From positions 72,482-136,481 of the forward strand of contig DCUV01000060.1 of the NCBI GenBank assembly GCA_002328585.1: a stretch of DNA of 64,000 nt, written 5' to 3'. A program made the position numbers and the translations under genes. The stretch's first letter is position 1. Each line of letters starts with the position of its first letter. The notes beneath the pieces were generated by a model. The model was not told the origin of the DNA. It did no database searches and saw only the letters and a list, made by a program, of their open reading frames with translations. The DNA is from Spirochaetia bacterium UBA2205. Lineage in GTDB: Bacteria > Spirochaetota > UBA4802 > UB4802. Positions 19,596 to 29,686 of this stretch are shown here, in pieces.

Positions 19596-20210
19596 ATGTC
19601 AAAAGCTGATGAAACCCGTGAAAAAATTTTATTGTATGCTAAACAATTATTCTCTGAAAAAGGATATTACTTATCTCAGATTTCCGATATCGTGGAATCA
19701 GCTAAAATTGGCAGAGGAACAGTCTATCAATATTTTTCAAATAAAGAGCACCTTTTTATATCCTTGCTGGAACGATTTTTGATTGAATGGGAAGATTATA
19801 TAAAAGAACTATCAATCAATGAAGATTTAAGTATGATCTCACATTACACCTATTTACAAAAGCGTTTATATAAAGCCTTTAAATTTTTTTTCAGCGACAG
19901 AGATAGAGCAAATATAATTTTAAGATCCGGGCTGGGTTTACCAGATCATTTTGAACAGAAAATACAACATTTTGAAAATAAGCTCATAAACATGATTATT
20001 ATTGATCTGGCAATAGCTGTTGAATTTAAACACATTGAGACAAAAGAGGATTTAAGTTTTGCAGCTAACTTGATTGCAGGTGGTGTATTCAGGATAGCTC
20101 ATTATTATCTTTCCATAGAGGTTAATGATACCATATTGTTACAAAATTTGAATGAAATTACTGATAAAGCAGCAAATTTCATAGGCAATGGTATTTTCGG
20201 GAAAAAATAG
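19596..20210 (+). CDS. TetR/AcrR-family transcriptional regulator (FadR-like), between two beta-oxidation operons
   Basis: N-terminal TetR HTH (ETREKILLYAKQLFSEKGYYLSQISDIVESAKIGRGTVYQYF). ATG 6 nt after GGAGG. Confidence 0.85.
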   Translation: MSKADETREKILLYAKQLFSEKGYYLSQISDIVESAKIGRGTVYQYFSNKEHLFISLLERFLIEWEDYIKELSINEDLSMISHYTYLQKRLYKAFKFFFSDRDRANIILRSGLGLPDHFEQKIQHFENKLINMIIIDLAIAVEFKHIETKEDLSFAANLIAGGVFRIAHYYLSIEVNDTILLQNLNEITDKAANFIGNGIFGKK

Positions 20211-20229
20211 TTGACTAATTTTTGTAGTT

Positions 20230-20259
20230 GTATAAATACTGACATGTCAGTATTTATAC
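20230..20259. promoter_or_regulatory. Perfect 30-bp palindrome GTATAAATACTGACATGTCAGTATTTATAC overlapping the promoter/5'UTR of the acd-acd-hbd-ech operon, putative TetR operator
   Basis: Seen in sequence. Ends 15 nt before the RBS AAAGAGGAGG of the first acd gene. TTGACT lies 14 bp upstream. Confidence 0.75.
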
Positions 20260-20274
20260 AAAGAGGAGGTAATT

Positions 20275-21372
20275 ATGGTAGAAGAAATTAGTTTTGCATT
20301 GTCTGAGGAACAACAGATGATGCAGGATACTGTACGACAGCTGGTGCAGGCTAACATTACGGATGGTATTCATCAGATGGATGAGAATCGGCAGCTTAAC
20401 AATCAGGCAGTACAAAAATTTTGGGAATTGGGGATTATTCAATCAATGATTCCTGAAGAATTTGGCGGTTATGGGATGGATAGTTCACCTGTATTGCATA
20501 CGCTTATGTTGGAAGAATTGGCTTATGGGGATATGACATTTGCAATATATGCGATGCTTCCTGCCGTTTTTGTTTTGCCAATAGTACATTTAGGAACAAA
20601 AGAACAAAAAGAACTATATCTTCCCGAATTTTGTAATACAACATTTTTCCCTGCTACATTGGCAATTAATGAATTAAGCATAGCCTTTGATGTATGGAAC
20701 TGTACAACTACTGCTGAAAAGAAAGGGGACAAATACGTTATTAATGGTAGTAAGTGCTTTGTGCCACTGGCTGACGAATCAAACTTTATGATTGTAGTGG
20801 CTCATTATGAGGGTAACCCGGAGCTATTTATTGTCACAAAAGATAGCACTGGAGTAAAAGTTGGCGACCGTGAAAAAAATTCTGGATGGTGGGCATTACC
20901 TACTTTTGAAGTAGTGTTTGAAAATTGTATCATTCCTGCATCGAATAGATTAGGTGATAGTAGTGCTATTACCTGGTTACTGCAGAGAACAAAAACTGCG
21001 CTTGCTGCAATTGGTACAGGTATTTCACGAGCTTCATATGAATATGCAAAAAAGTATGCAAAAGAACGTCAACAATTTGGCGAATCAATAGCCAGCCGCC
21101 AATCAATTGCATTTATGATAGCTGAAATGGCTTACGAGATAGATGCTATGCGATTGTTAGCATGGAAAGCTGCTTCAACCATTGAAAACAAATTAGATGC
21201 TACGAAATTATCATATTTAGCAAAGATATATGCAGGTGAGATGGTCATGAAGATTACCGACTATGGTGTTCAGATACTTGGAGGACATGGTTATATTCGC
21301 GACCACCCTGTAGAGCGGTATTACCGCAATGGTAGAAGTATAGCCGTGTGTGAAGGTATGGCAATTATATAA
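20275..21372 (+). CDS. Acyl-CoA dehydrogenase family protein (short form, 365 aa)
   Basis: ACAD N-terminal, middle and C-terminal domains. C-terminal ..RNGRSIAVCEGMAI. Confidence 0.8.
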   Translation: MVEEISFALSEEQQMMQDTVRQLVQANITDGIHQMDENRQLNNQAVQKFWELGIIQSMIPEEFGGYGMDSSPVLHTLMLEELAYGDMTFAIYAMLPAVFVLPIVHLGTKEQKELYLPEFCNTTFFPATLAINELSIAFDVWNCTTTAEKKGDKYVINGSKCFVPLADESNFMIVVAHYEGNPELFIVTKDSTGVKVGDREKNSGWWALPTFEVVFENCIIPASNRLGDSSAITWLLQRTKTALAAIGTGISRASYEYAKKYAKERQQFGESIASRQSIAFMIAEMAYEIDAMRLLAWKAASTIENKLDATKLSYLAKIYAGEMVMKITDYGVQILGGHGYIRDHPVERYYRNGRSIAVCEGMAII

Positions 21373-21390
21373 ACTATCGGAGGCATATGT

Positions 21391-22587
21391 ATGATTCAAT
21401 TAGTTACACCTGAATATTTAGTAACAATGCAAAATAATCTTCATAAATTAGCTGAAGGAGTTTTACGTCCTATATCACGAAAATATGATGAAGCAGAACA
21501 TGAATATCCAAAAGAATTGGATATGTTTAAGAATATAAAAGTTATGGCTCGTCCCAAGAAGAAAAAGGAAGGTGAAACATCATCATCAGGTGAAGAAAAA
21601 AAACCAAAACGTGGTGCAAATTTAGGGATGGTAGCTACCATTGAAGCGATGTGCTGGGGTGATGCAGCACTGCTATTATCGTTTCCCAATGCTGGTCTGG
21701 GCAATGCAGCTATTATTGCAGTAGCAAATGATGAACAATTTGAACGATTTGGGAATAAATGGGCGGCGATGGCAATTACCGAGCCGGGCGCTGGTTCTGA
21801 TTCAGGCGCTATTACCACAACAGCAACTCGTGATGGGGACTTCTGGGTATTGAACGGTGAAAAGATATTTGTCACCTGTGCTGATAGATGTGAGGTAGTA
21901 GTTGTTTGGGCGACAGTTGATAAAAAGGCTGGCAAATCAGGTATTAAATCATTTGTGGTGGAGAAAGGAACTTCAGGATTTACATTAGAACATCTGGAGC
22001 ATAAATTAGGTATCAGAGCTTCTGACACTGGAACGTTTGTGTTAAGTGATTGTAGAATACCCTATAACAACATATTAGGCGATCCAGAAGTAAAGATGTC
22101 CACTGAAGGTTTTAAAGGAGTAATGAAAACCTTTGATAATACCCGGCCAATGGTTGCTGCAATGGCTACCGGTATAGCACGAGCAGCAGTAGAATTTACT
22201 AAAGAACAATTTGAACAAAAGGGATATACATTTGATTATAAGAAAAATGTTTCAAATGTTTCAGCAGTTGAACGTGAATTGTATATGATGGAGGCAAATG
22301 TAGAAGCAATGCGTCTTTTAACATGGCGTGCTGCATGGATGGCTGATAATGGTCAATTTAATAATCTTGAAGCTTCTATGGCAAAAGCAAAAGCGGGACG
22401 GTATGCAACATTGGTTACTCAACGCTGCTGTGAGCTTTTAGGACCTGTTGGTTATTCAACTCATTATTTAGCTGAAAAGTGGATGAGAGACAGCAAAATT
22501 ATGGATATCTTTGAGGGTACAGGACAAATTCAGCATCTTATTGTTGCTCGCAATGTAATGGAGATGTCTAGCAAAGAGCTAAAGTAA
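21391..22587 (+). CDS. Acyl-CoA dehydrogenase with a Lys/Ser-rich low-complexity insert near the N-terminus
   Basis: Canonical ACAD C-terminus (..KIMDIFEGTGQIQHLIVAR). Insert ARPKKKKEGETSSSGEEKKPKRG. Confidence 0.85.
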   Translation: MIQLVTPEYLVTMQNNLHKLAEGVLRPISRKYDEAEHEYPKELDMFKNIKVMARPKKKKEGETSSSGEEKKPKRGANLGMVATIEAMCWGDAALLLSFPNAGLGNAAIIAVANDEQFERFGNKWAAMAITEPGAGSDSGAITTTATRDGDFWVLNGEKIFVTCADRCEVVVVWATVDKKAGKSGIKSFVVEKGTSGFTLEHLEHKLGIRASDTGTFVLSDCRIPYNNILGDPEVKMSTEGFKGVMKTFDNTRPMVAAMATGIARAAVEFTKEQFEQKGYTFDYKKNVSNVSAVERELYMMEANVEAMRLLTWRAAWMADNGQFNNLEASMAKAKAGRYATLVTQRCCELLGPVGYSTHYLAEKWMRDSKIMDIFEGTGQIQHLIVARNVMEMSSKELK

Positions 22588-22624
22588 TAAAGATTTATAA
22601 TCATTATTTCATAAGGAGGTGTTT

Positions 22625-23788
22625 ATGAATGATATCAATGATGTAAAAAAAATTGCGGTTATAGGTTCAGGAGCTATGGGGCATGGGATAGCACAGGTTT
22701 GTGCTCAAAATGGTTTTCCGGTTACCATGATTGATATTAAACAGGAATTTTTAGATAATGCATTAAAAAAAGTTAAGGAAAGTTTAGAGTTTTTAGCATC
22801 AAAAGGAAAACTGAACGGCACAGTTGACGAGGTTATGAAAAAAATAAATGCAACAACGGATATAAAAAAAGGAGTATCTGATGCGCAGGTTGTTATTGAG
22901 GCGGTACCTGAAAATATGCAGCTTAAAAAAGATGTGTTTTCACAAGCTTCTGCTGCATGTACTGGTGATGCAATATTAGCAACCAATACTTCAACGATGA
23001 GTATTACAGATATTGCAACTGCAGTAAATAATCCTGAACGATTTGCCGGGATGCATTTTTTTAATCCTGTAACAAGAATGAAATTAGTTGAATTGATTTA
23101 TGGCTCTAAAACATCAGAAAAAACTATCGATATACTGTATGAACTTGCTAAAAAGATAGATAAAATACCTGTTAAGGTTTTAAAGGATAGGCCGGGTTTT
23201 ATTGTCAATAGAATCAATGCACCAAATCAGGCATTGCTGAGCGCTATTCTTGATGAAGGAAAAATTCATCCTGCACAGATAGATGGCAAAATGAAGAAGA
23301 TGGGCGTAAAAATGGCGCCTTTTGAAACAGCAGATTTTGTTGGACTTGATGTATTTTGTCATACTCTGGAATATTATTCACAGACACTATCGCCACAGTA
23401 TAAGCCTGGAAAATTTTTGAAGGAATGCTTATCAAAGGGAAATTTAGGGATGAAAAGTGGTAAAGGTATTTATGAATGGAACAATGGGAGAGCAGTTATA
23501 CCTGAAATGACTGATACAGAAGAGATTACCCCTCTTCACCTTATGGCTGTACAGGTAAATGAAGCGGTAAAAGTATTTAAGGAAGGGATTGCTGCAAATG
23601 TTGTTGATATTGATGATGGTGTTAAATATGGAATGAATGCATTTGCAGGCCCTTTTGCTTTAGCATCTGGAGTGCAACCTCAACAATTGACAGAATGCTT
23701 GCATTATCTGGCGCAACGATATAAACTTGACATTTTAAAGCCAGAACCTGAAATAATTGATGGTTCATTTAAAACTATAGGAAGATAG
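22625..23788 (+). CDS. 3-hydroxyacyl-CoA dehydrogenase
   Basis: N-terminal Rossmann IAVIGSGAMGHGIA and C-terminal 3HCDH domain. ATG 5 nt after AAGGAGG. The track start is an upstream GTG. Confidence 0.9.
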   Translation: MNDINDVKKIAVIGSGAMGHGIAQVCAQNGFPVTMIDIKQEFLDNALKKVKESLEFLASKGKLNGTVDEVMKKINATTDIKKGVSDAQVVIEAVPENMQLKKDVFSQASAACTGDAILATNTSTMSITDIATAVNNPERFAGMHFFNPVTRMKLVELIYGSKTSEKTIDILYELAKKIDKIPVKVLKDRPGFIVNRINAPNQALLSAILDEGKIHPAQIDGKMKKMGVKMAPFETADFVGLDVFCHTLEYYSQTLSPQYKPGKFLKECLSKGNLGMKSGKGIYEWNNGRAVIPEMTDTEEITPLHLMAVQVNEAVKVFKEGIAANVVDIDDGVKYGMNAFAGPFALASGVQPQQLTECLHYLAQRYKLDILKPEPEIIDGSFKTIGR

Positions 23789-23798
23789 GAGGTAGGTA

Positions 23799-24566
23799 AT
23801 GTCAGATGCAGTTTTATTAGAACAAAAAGGAATGGTTGCAATTTTAACTATCAACAAACCCAAAGCAAACCAGTTGAGTCATGATGTTTTTGAAACAATG
23901 CGTAAATATCTTGATACGCTGGAAATTGATAAAAACATCCGTGTGCTTGTTATTACTGGTTCAGGTGATAAAATATTTTGCGCTGGTGCCGACTTATCAC
24001 AGGGCTTTGGTGATTTCAGTGCCGTTGATTTTTTAAAGCGTGGTCAGGATATATGGAATAAGATAGAGGACTACCCTAAACCAGTCATTGCTGCAATAAA
24101 TGGTCATGCATTGGGGGGCGGATGTGAACTGTCAATGGCATGCCATATACGAATAATGAAAAAAGGTGCTCGTATTGGTTTAACGGAAACAAATCTGGGG
24201 ATAATGCCTGGGTATGGTGGGACACTCCGTTTGCCGCGCCTTGTTGGACGTGCTAAAGCCCTTGAAATGATACTTTTTGGAAAACAGTTAGAGGCAGAAG
24301 AAGCTTTAGCGTTGGGTCTGGTACACAGGGTATGTGATGAAGGATATATGGATGAGGTGATGAAATTTGCGGAAGAATTATCTACACGTCCTCCATTGTC
24401 AATTAAGGCAGTATTAAAAGTTATGTCTGCCGGTCCTTCTATGTCACCTGAAATGTATTTAAAGATGGAAAGAGAAGAATTAGCTAAATTATTTACCACG
24501 AAAGATTGCATGGAAGGGATGATGGCTTTTGCTCAAAAGCGAAAACCAGAATTCAAAGGTGAATAG
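23799..24566 (+). CDS. Enoyl-CoA hydratase/isomerase (crotonase)
   Basis: Crotonase fold motifs (ITGSGDKIFCAGADL, INGHALGGGCELSMACH). Confidence 0.9.
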   Translation: MSDAVLLEQKGMVAILTINKPKANQLSHDVFETMRKYLDTLEIDKNIRVLVITGSGDKIFCAGADLSQGFGDFSAVDFLKRGQDIWNKIEDYPKPVIAAINGHALGGGCELSMACHIRIMKKGARIGLTETNLGIMPGYGGTLRLPRLVGRAKALEMILFGKQLEAEEALALGLVHRVCDEGYMDEVMKFAEELSTRPPLSIKAVLKVMSAGPSMSPEMYLKMEREELAKLFTTKDCMEGMMAFAQKRKPEFKGE

Positions 24567-24597
24567 ATAGAGAGCTATAAAGAACCTCCTGCTTATG

Positions 24598-24630
24598 AAA
24601 ACCTCACATTGTTTTGTGAGGTTTTTTTCT
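24598..24630 (+). terminator. Rho-independent terminator of the acd-hbd-ech operon (AAACCTCACA-ttgtt-TTGTGAGGTTT plus T-run)
   Basis: Seen in sequence. Confidence 0.75.
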
Positions 24631-24677
24631 TGTTTTTAGAATTGCATTATTATAGTATGGCAAATGATGATATATTC

Positions 24678-24719
24678 ATCTATTAATATTAATATTTTGC
24701 AATAATAATATTAATAGAT
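24678..24719. promoter_or_regulatory. Inverted repeat ATCTATTAATATTA-N14-TAATATTAATAGAT about 90 bp upstream of the second TetR gene, a candidate autoregulatory operator
   Basis: 14-bp perfect arms. AT-rich, so chance occurrence is not excluded. Confidence 0.35.
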
Positions 24720-24808
24720 AAAAGAATATATAAGCTTTAGTTTTTGCTACCATTGTGGGTATAGAATAATGGTATATTATTTTTTTGTTAAACTTTGAGG
24801 AGTGTACA

Positions 24809-25402
24809 ATGGCTGGTACAGGTGTTAGAGAAAATGGCAAACAAAGAAGATTAATTATGGAAAAGTCTCAGGTTCTTTTCTGGGAAAAGGGGTATGCCGA
24901 AACAAGTATGAAAGATATTGCTAATGAATGTGGTTTCAGACCGGCAAATATATACAATTTTTTTGCAAGTAAAGAAGAGATACTTTTTTCTATTTTAAAA
25001 GAAGAGATGGAAGAAATTGTAAATCCCATACGGTTTCTGGAATATGAAGAAAACGATCCTTTACAACAATTACGCTTTCTTATAGAAATCCACGTAAAAA
25101 TTACTTTAGGAGAGAAAAGAGCTTCCAAATTATTATTTGATACAGAACTCAGGAATCTTTCAGCAGAAAGAAGAAAAGTAATATTAGATTTACGCGATGA
25201 TTATAACAGAATAGGATATGCAATACTGAAAAGAGGTATTCATAAAGGTTTGTTTAAAGCTATGGATGAAAAGATTGCATTAAATCTAATTGCTTCAATG
25301 ATTGTTAGAACACGCTTATGGTTTTCCCCTGAAGATTGGATGACAATTGAAGATTTAATAGAATTTATTTTTCAATTTGCTCTTAAAGGGCTTTCAAGGT
25401 AA
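24809..25402 (+). CDS. TetR-family transcriptional regulator (second copy)
   Basis: TetR HTH (..SMKDIANECGFRPANIYNFFASKEEIL..). ATG after GAGGAG. Confidence 0.8.
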   Translation: MAGTGVRENGKQRRLIMEKSQVLFWEKGYAETSMKDIANECGFRPANIYNFFASKEEILFSILKEEMEEIVNPIRFLEYEENDPLQQLRFLIEIHVKITLGEKRASKLLFDTELRNLSAERRKVILDLRDDYNRIGYAILKRGIHKGLFKAMDEKIALNLIASMIVRTRLWFSPEDWMTIEDLIEFIFQFALKGLSR

Positions 25403-25415
25403 CTATAATTTTTTT

Positions 25416-25736
25416 ATGGTAAAAAAAGAATGTATACGTTGTGGTGCATGTTGTTTTGTCGATATGGTTGCTTATGCAACAGCTGAAGATTTTTTACGCT
25501 GGGAAAAAGAAGAAAGATATGATATACTTCATATAATAGAAAATGAAAACAGTATATGGGCAGGAGATCATTTAATATCAACGCGTGATGGACATTTGAT
25601 TGGACGATGTCCATTTTTGATAATGGAAGACAATGGGTTATATAGCTGCATGATTTATGATACAAGACCTGCTGTATGCAAGGATTTTGAACCTGGTGTT
25701 TCTATAATGTGCCCACTGTTTACATTAAAAGAATAA
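25416..25736 (+). CDS. YkgJ-family cysteine-cluster protein (UPF0153 / putative Fe-S or zinc-binding)
   Basis: CIRCGACCF ... CPFL ... C..C motif arrangement typical of the YkgJ / FliB-like family. Confidence 0.6.
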   Translation: MVKKECIRCGACCFVDMVAYATAEDFLRWEKEERYDILHIIENENSIWAGDHLISTRDGHLIGRCPFLIMEDNGLYSCMIYDTRPAVCKDFEPGVSIMCPLFTLKE

Positions 25737-25771
25737 TAAATTGCCATTCAATAACTGATCAGGATAAAAAA

Positions 25772-26710
25772 ATGAATAAAAACTGGGCTGTTTCCATAAT
25801 TATAGTAAATGGATTAATTTTTTTAATTCAATTGTTATTACGTAATGTCTTTGTTCCATATGATATTGCCGGGAATGTTGTATCAATTGATATTGCAACG
25901 TATTATCTGGGGCTAATTCCTCAATTGGTAGTTGAAAAATTATATATATGGCAAATTATTTCTTATATGTTTTTGCATAGCACATCAAGTTTTGCTCATA
26001 TCCTTTTTAATATGTATGCGGTATTTATTTTTGGTATGCCTGTTGAACGATTATGGGGTAGTAAAAAATTTATTATATATTTTTTAATATGTGGTATAGG
26101 GGCTGGCGTAGCGATTTTTGCGATAGCCCTCATTACTGGTGGCATGGGATATTATATACCTACAATCGGAGCATCAGGTGCTGTTTTTGGATTACTTTTA
26201 GCATTTGGAGTATTATTCCCGAATGTTGAGATATTACTCTTTTTCATTATTCCGATTAGAGCAAGGACATTGGTCATACTTTATGGAGGATTGGAATTAT
26301 TTTTAGAATTATCAGGAGGGGCAGACAATATTTCACATATTGGCCATTTAGGAGGGCTTGCAACAGGTATTCTCTATTTTATTGTTACTCGTAAGCATGC
26401 TATCCGTTATAAAACAAAAGGATTTGTTGCAGCACAGATGAAAAAAGAAGCTATCCCTAATGAACCGGATATGAATTATAAAAGGGAAGCAGAATTACAA
26501 AGAGCAATTGTAAAAAAACTTAGGGAGCATGGAGTTGAAAGTTTAAATGATGATGAAGTCCAATACATACACTATAAAGAGATAATGATTGATATAGAGG
26601 AAGAGGATGTAACCTGTGATTTGCAAATATTTTTAGATGACAATTGTAACGGTTGTGGGAACAGAGATGCATGTTTCATAAAAATTGTGAAATCCTTTAA
26701 GAAAGAATAG
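25772..26710 (+). CDS. Rhomboid-family intramembrane serine protease with a Cys-rich C-terminal tail
   Basis: Six transmembrane helices with catalytic GASGAVFGLL (Ser) and HIGHLGGL (His) motifs. C-terminal CDLQ..CNGCGNRDAC. Confidence 0.75.
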   Translation: MNKNWAVSIIIVNGLIFLIQLLLRNVFVPYDIAGNVVSIDIATYYLGLIPQLVVEKLYIWQIISYMFLHSTSSFAHILFNMYAVFIFGMPVERLWGSKKFIIYFLICGIGAGVAIFAIALITGGMGYYIPTIGASGAVFGLLLAFGVLFPNVEILLFFIIPIRARTLVILYGGLELFLELSGGADNISHIGHLGGLATGILYFIVTRKHAIRYKTKGFVAAQMKKEAIPNEPDMNYKREAELQRAIVKKLREHGVESLNDDEVQYIHYKEIMIDIEEEDVTCDLQIFLDDNCNGCGNRDACFIKIVKSFKKE

Positions 26711-26844
26711 AATACACCAATAAAATGATTTTGATAATGTAAAATTAATCTTTACAACAAAGTTGTAGTATACTAACAATGTACAAGTTTTAAAAATTAA
26801 TATTTATATAAAGATTCTTCTTGCTGAATAATGTAAAAAATATG

Positions 26845-26867
26845 ATTATCATTTTTGTAATGATAAT
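26845..26867. promoter_or_regulatory. Inverted repeat ATTATCATT-tttgt-AATGATAAT 30 bp upstream of ppdK
   Basis: Seen in sequence. AT-rich, low confidence. Confidence 0.2.
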
Positions 26868-26897
26868 AACAAAATTTTATTAGAAGGGAGAATTGCA

Positions 26898-29612
26898 ATG
26901 ACAAAACGCGTATATCTGTTTGGTGGTAATGTTACTGAAGGTACTGCTGACATGAAAAACTTATTGGGTGGTAAGGGCGCAAACCTGGCAGAAATGGCAA
27001 GAATTGGAATACCGGTGCCGGCAGGCTTTACAATTACTACAGAAGTATGTAATGAATATTATAAAAACAATCAAAAATTGCCGGAAAGTTTAAAAGAAGA
27101 GGTTACGACAGCATTACATAAGGTTGAAGGGATAATGGGTGCTAAGTTTGGCGATCATTCCAATTCCTTGTTGGTGTCGGTTCGTTCTGGTGCACGTGCT
27201 TCAATGCCTGGAATGATGGATACTATTTTAAATCTGGGTATTAATGAGGATGTCATAAAAGGTCTTGTGAAAAAGACAGGAAATGAACGTTTTGCATGGG
27301 ATTCATACCGCAGATTTATTCAAATGTATGGAGATGTTGTTTTAGGACTTAAACCAGGAAATAAAGATGAACATGATCCATTTGAAGTTATAATGGATGA
27401 ATTAAAGGAAAAAAGGAAAGTAAAAAACGACCTGGATTTAACTATTGATGATTTAAAAGAGCTTGTTACACGCTTTAAAAAACTTATACAGGAAAAACTT
27501 AAAGTGACCTTTCCTGATGATCCTTATGAACAACTTTGGGGAGCTATAGGTGCTGTATTACGATCGTGGAACAATGAACGTGCAATACTCTATCGAAAGA
27601 TGAATAATATTGATGATAGCTGGGGTACTGCTGTTAATGTGCAGGCAATGGTGTTTGGTAATATGGGGAATGATTGTGCAACAGGTGTTGCATTTACAAG
27701 GAATCCAGCAACAGGAGCGAAAGAATTTTTTGGTGAATATTTAATTAACGCTCAAGGTGAGGACGTAGTAGCTGGTATAAGGACACCACAGCAGATAACA
27801 CTTGAAGGTTCACGACGTTGGGCACGGGAAAATAGCATCTCTGAAGATGAACGTAAGAATAAATATCCTTCACTTGAGGAGTACATGCCCGAAGCATATA
27901 ACGATCTTGTTAATGTTTATAAGACGTTGGAAAAACATTATCGTGATATGCAAGATATAGAATTTACTATACAAAATAAGAAATTGTGGATGTTGCAAAC
28001 ACGTAATGGCAAAAGAACAGCTCGCGCGGCTATCAATATTGCAGTTGATATGGTTGAAGAAGGTTTAATTACAAAAGACGAGGCAGTACTAAGAGTTGAT
28101 CCTCAATCATTAGATCAGCTATTACATCCAACATTTGATCCAAAAGCTCAGCGTAAAGTGATTGCTAAAGGTCTCCCTGCGTCACCAGGGGCGGCAACAG
28201 GGAAAATTGTATTCAATGCTGAAGATGCACATGATTGGAAGGGGCGTGGTGAAAAGGTTATTTTGGTAAGAATAGAAACCTCTCCGGAGGATCTTAAGGG
28301 AATGAATGCCGCAGAAGGGATTTTAACAGCTCGAGGTGGAATGACTTCTCATGCTGCAGTAGTAGCTAGAGGTATGGGTAAATGCTGTGTGTCAGGGTGC
28401 GGAATGCTGGATATAGATTATACTAAACGGCAGATAAAATTTGATACTACAATTCTTAAAGAAGGAGATTATATCTCAATTGATGGTTCAACAGGCGAAG
28501 TGATGCTTGGGAAAGTTGCTACTATGGAACCTGAAGTAACAGGAAAATTTGGTACTATTATGCAGTGGGCGGATGAAATAAGGAAATTAAAGGTAAGAAC
28601 AAACGCAGATACTCCGCATGATGCCAGGGTGGCTCGAAATTTTGGGGCTGAAGGAATTGGACTTTGTCGTACGGAGCATATGTTCTTTGAAGGTGATAGA
28701 ATAAGAGCTGTTCGTGAAATGATATTGGCTCCTACCTATGAAGGCAGAAAGAAAGCTCTTGATAAATTATTGCCAATACAACGTGAAGATTTTTATGGTA
28801 TATTTAAAGCTATGGAAGGCCTTGGCGTAACAATACGTTTACTTGATCCACCGCTACATGAGTTTTTACCTCAGGATATAGAAACACAGAAAGAGATGGC
28901 AAAAGAATTAGGTGTTACGGTTGATGATGTAAAAGCAAAAGTTGAAGAACTCCATGAATTTAATCCAATGTTAGGACATAGAGGGTGCCGTTTAGGTATA
29001 ACCTTCCCTGAAATCACTGAAATGCAATCACGTGCAATATTTGAAGCAGCATGCCAGCTGGTAAAAGAAGGTATTGATGTTAAACCGGAAGTTATGGTTC
29101 CTTTAGTTGGACATGTTAATGAACTTATCATGCAAAAGGAAATCATAATAAAAACGGCTGAAGTCGTTATGAAAGAAATGGGAGTAACAGTTAAATACAT
29201 GATTGGGACAATGATAGAAGTTCCACGAGCTGCTGTAACAGCTGATGAAATTGCACAAGTTGCTGAATTTTTTTCGTTTGGAACAAATGACTTAACCCAG
29301 ATGACCTTTGGATTTAGCCGTGATGATGCTGGAAAATTTTTAAAAGAATATGTTGATAAGAAGATATTATCTAATGATCCATTCAGGGTTATTGATCGTG
29401 ATGGTGTAGGACAGTTAATAAAAATGGCATGTGAAAAAGGCCGTTCAGTGAATCCAAACCTAAAATTAGGTATTTGCGGGGAGCATGGTGGTGAACCAAG
29501 TTCCGTTGAGTTTTGTCATATGGTTGGTCTTAATTATGTAAGCTGTTCACCTTTTAGAGTTCCCATTGCACGGTTAGCTGCAGCTCATGCTGCTATCCGT
29601 TTTCCAAAATGA
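26898..29612 (+). CDS. ppdK: Pyruvate, phosphate dikinase
   Basis: 904 aa. PEP-utilising enzyme mobile-domain His ([13 protein letters not shown]), ATP-grasp N-terminal domain and C-terminal PEP/pyruvate-binding TIM barrel. Confidence 0.95.
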   Translation: MTKRVYLFGGNVTEGTADMKNLLGGKGANLAEMARIGIPVPAGFTITTEVCNEYYKNNQKLPESLKEEVTTALHKVEGIMGAKFGDHSNSLLVSVRSGARASMPGMMDTILNLGINEDVIKGLVKKTGNERFAWDSYRRFIQMYGDVVLGLKPGNKDEHDPFEVIMDELKEKRKVKNDLDLTIDDLKELVTRFKKLIQEKLKVTFPDDPYEQLWGAIGAVLRSWNNERAILYRKMNNIDDSWGTAVNVQAMVFGNMGNDCATGVAFTRNPATGAKEFFGEYLINAQGEDVVAGIRTPQQITLEGSRRWARENSISEDERKNKYPSLEEYMPEAYNDLVNVYKTLEKHYRDMQDIEFTIQNKKLWMLQTRNGKRTARAAINIAVDMVEEGLITKDEAVLRVDPQSLDQLLHPTFDPKAQRKVIAKGLPASPGAATGKIVFNAEDAHDWKGRGEKVILVRIETSPEDLKGMNAAEGILTARGGMTSHAAVVARGMGKCCVSGCGMLDIDYTKRQIKFDTTILKEGDYISIDGSTGEVMLGKVATMEPEVTGKFGTIMQWADEIRKLKVRTNADTPHDARVARNFGAEGIGLCRTEHMFFEGDRIRAVREMILAPTYEGRKKALDKLLPIQREDFYGIFKAMEGLGVTIRLLDPPLHEFLPQDIETQKEMAKELGVTVDDVKAKVEELHEFNPMLGHRGCRLGITFPEITEMQSRAIFEAACQLVKEGIDVKPEVMVPLVGHVNELIMQKEIIIKTAEVVMKEMGVTVKYMIGTMIEVPRAAVTADEIAQVAEFFSFGTNDLTQMTFGFSRDDAGKFLKEYVDKKILSNDPFRVIDRDGVGQLIKMACEKGRSVNPNLKLGICGEHGGEPSSVEFCHMVGLNYVSCSPFRVPIARLAAAHAAIRFPK

Positions 29613-29621
29613 TGCTTGTAG

Positions 29622-29659
29622 AGAACGTCTATCTATGAATTACAATAGATAGACGTTCT
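29622..29659 (+). terminator. Strong 15-bp perfect hairpin (AGAACGTCTATCTAT / ATAGATAGACGTTCT) after ppdK, a terminator or attenuator with only a weak U-tract
   Basis: Seen in sequence. Confidence 0.45.
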
Positions 29660-29686
29660 ATTAGTTTGCAGGAGGTTCAGATAACT

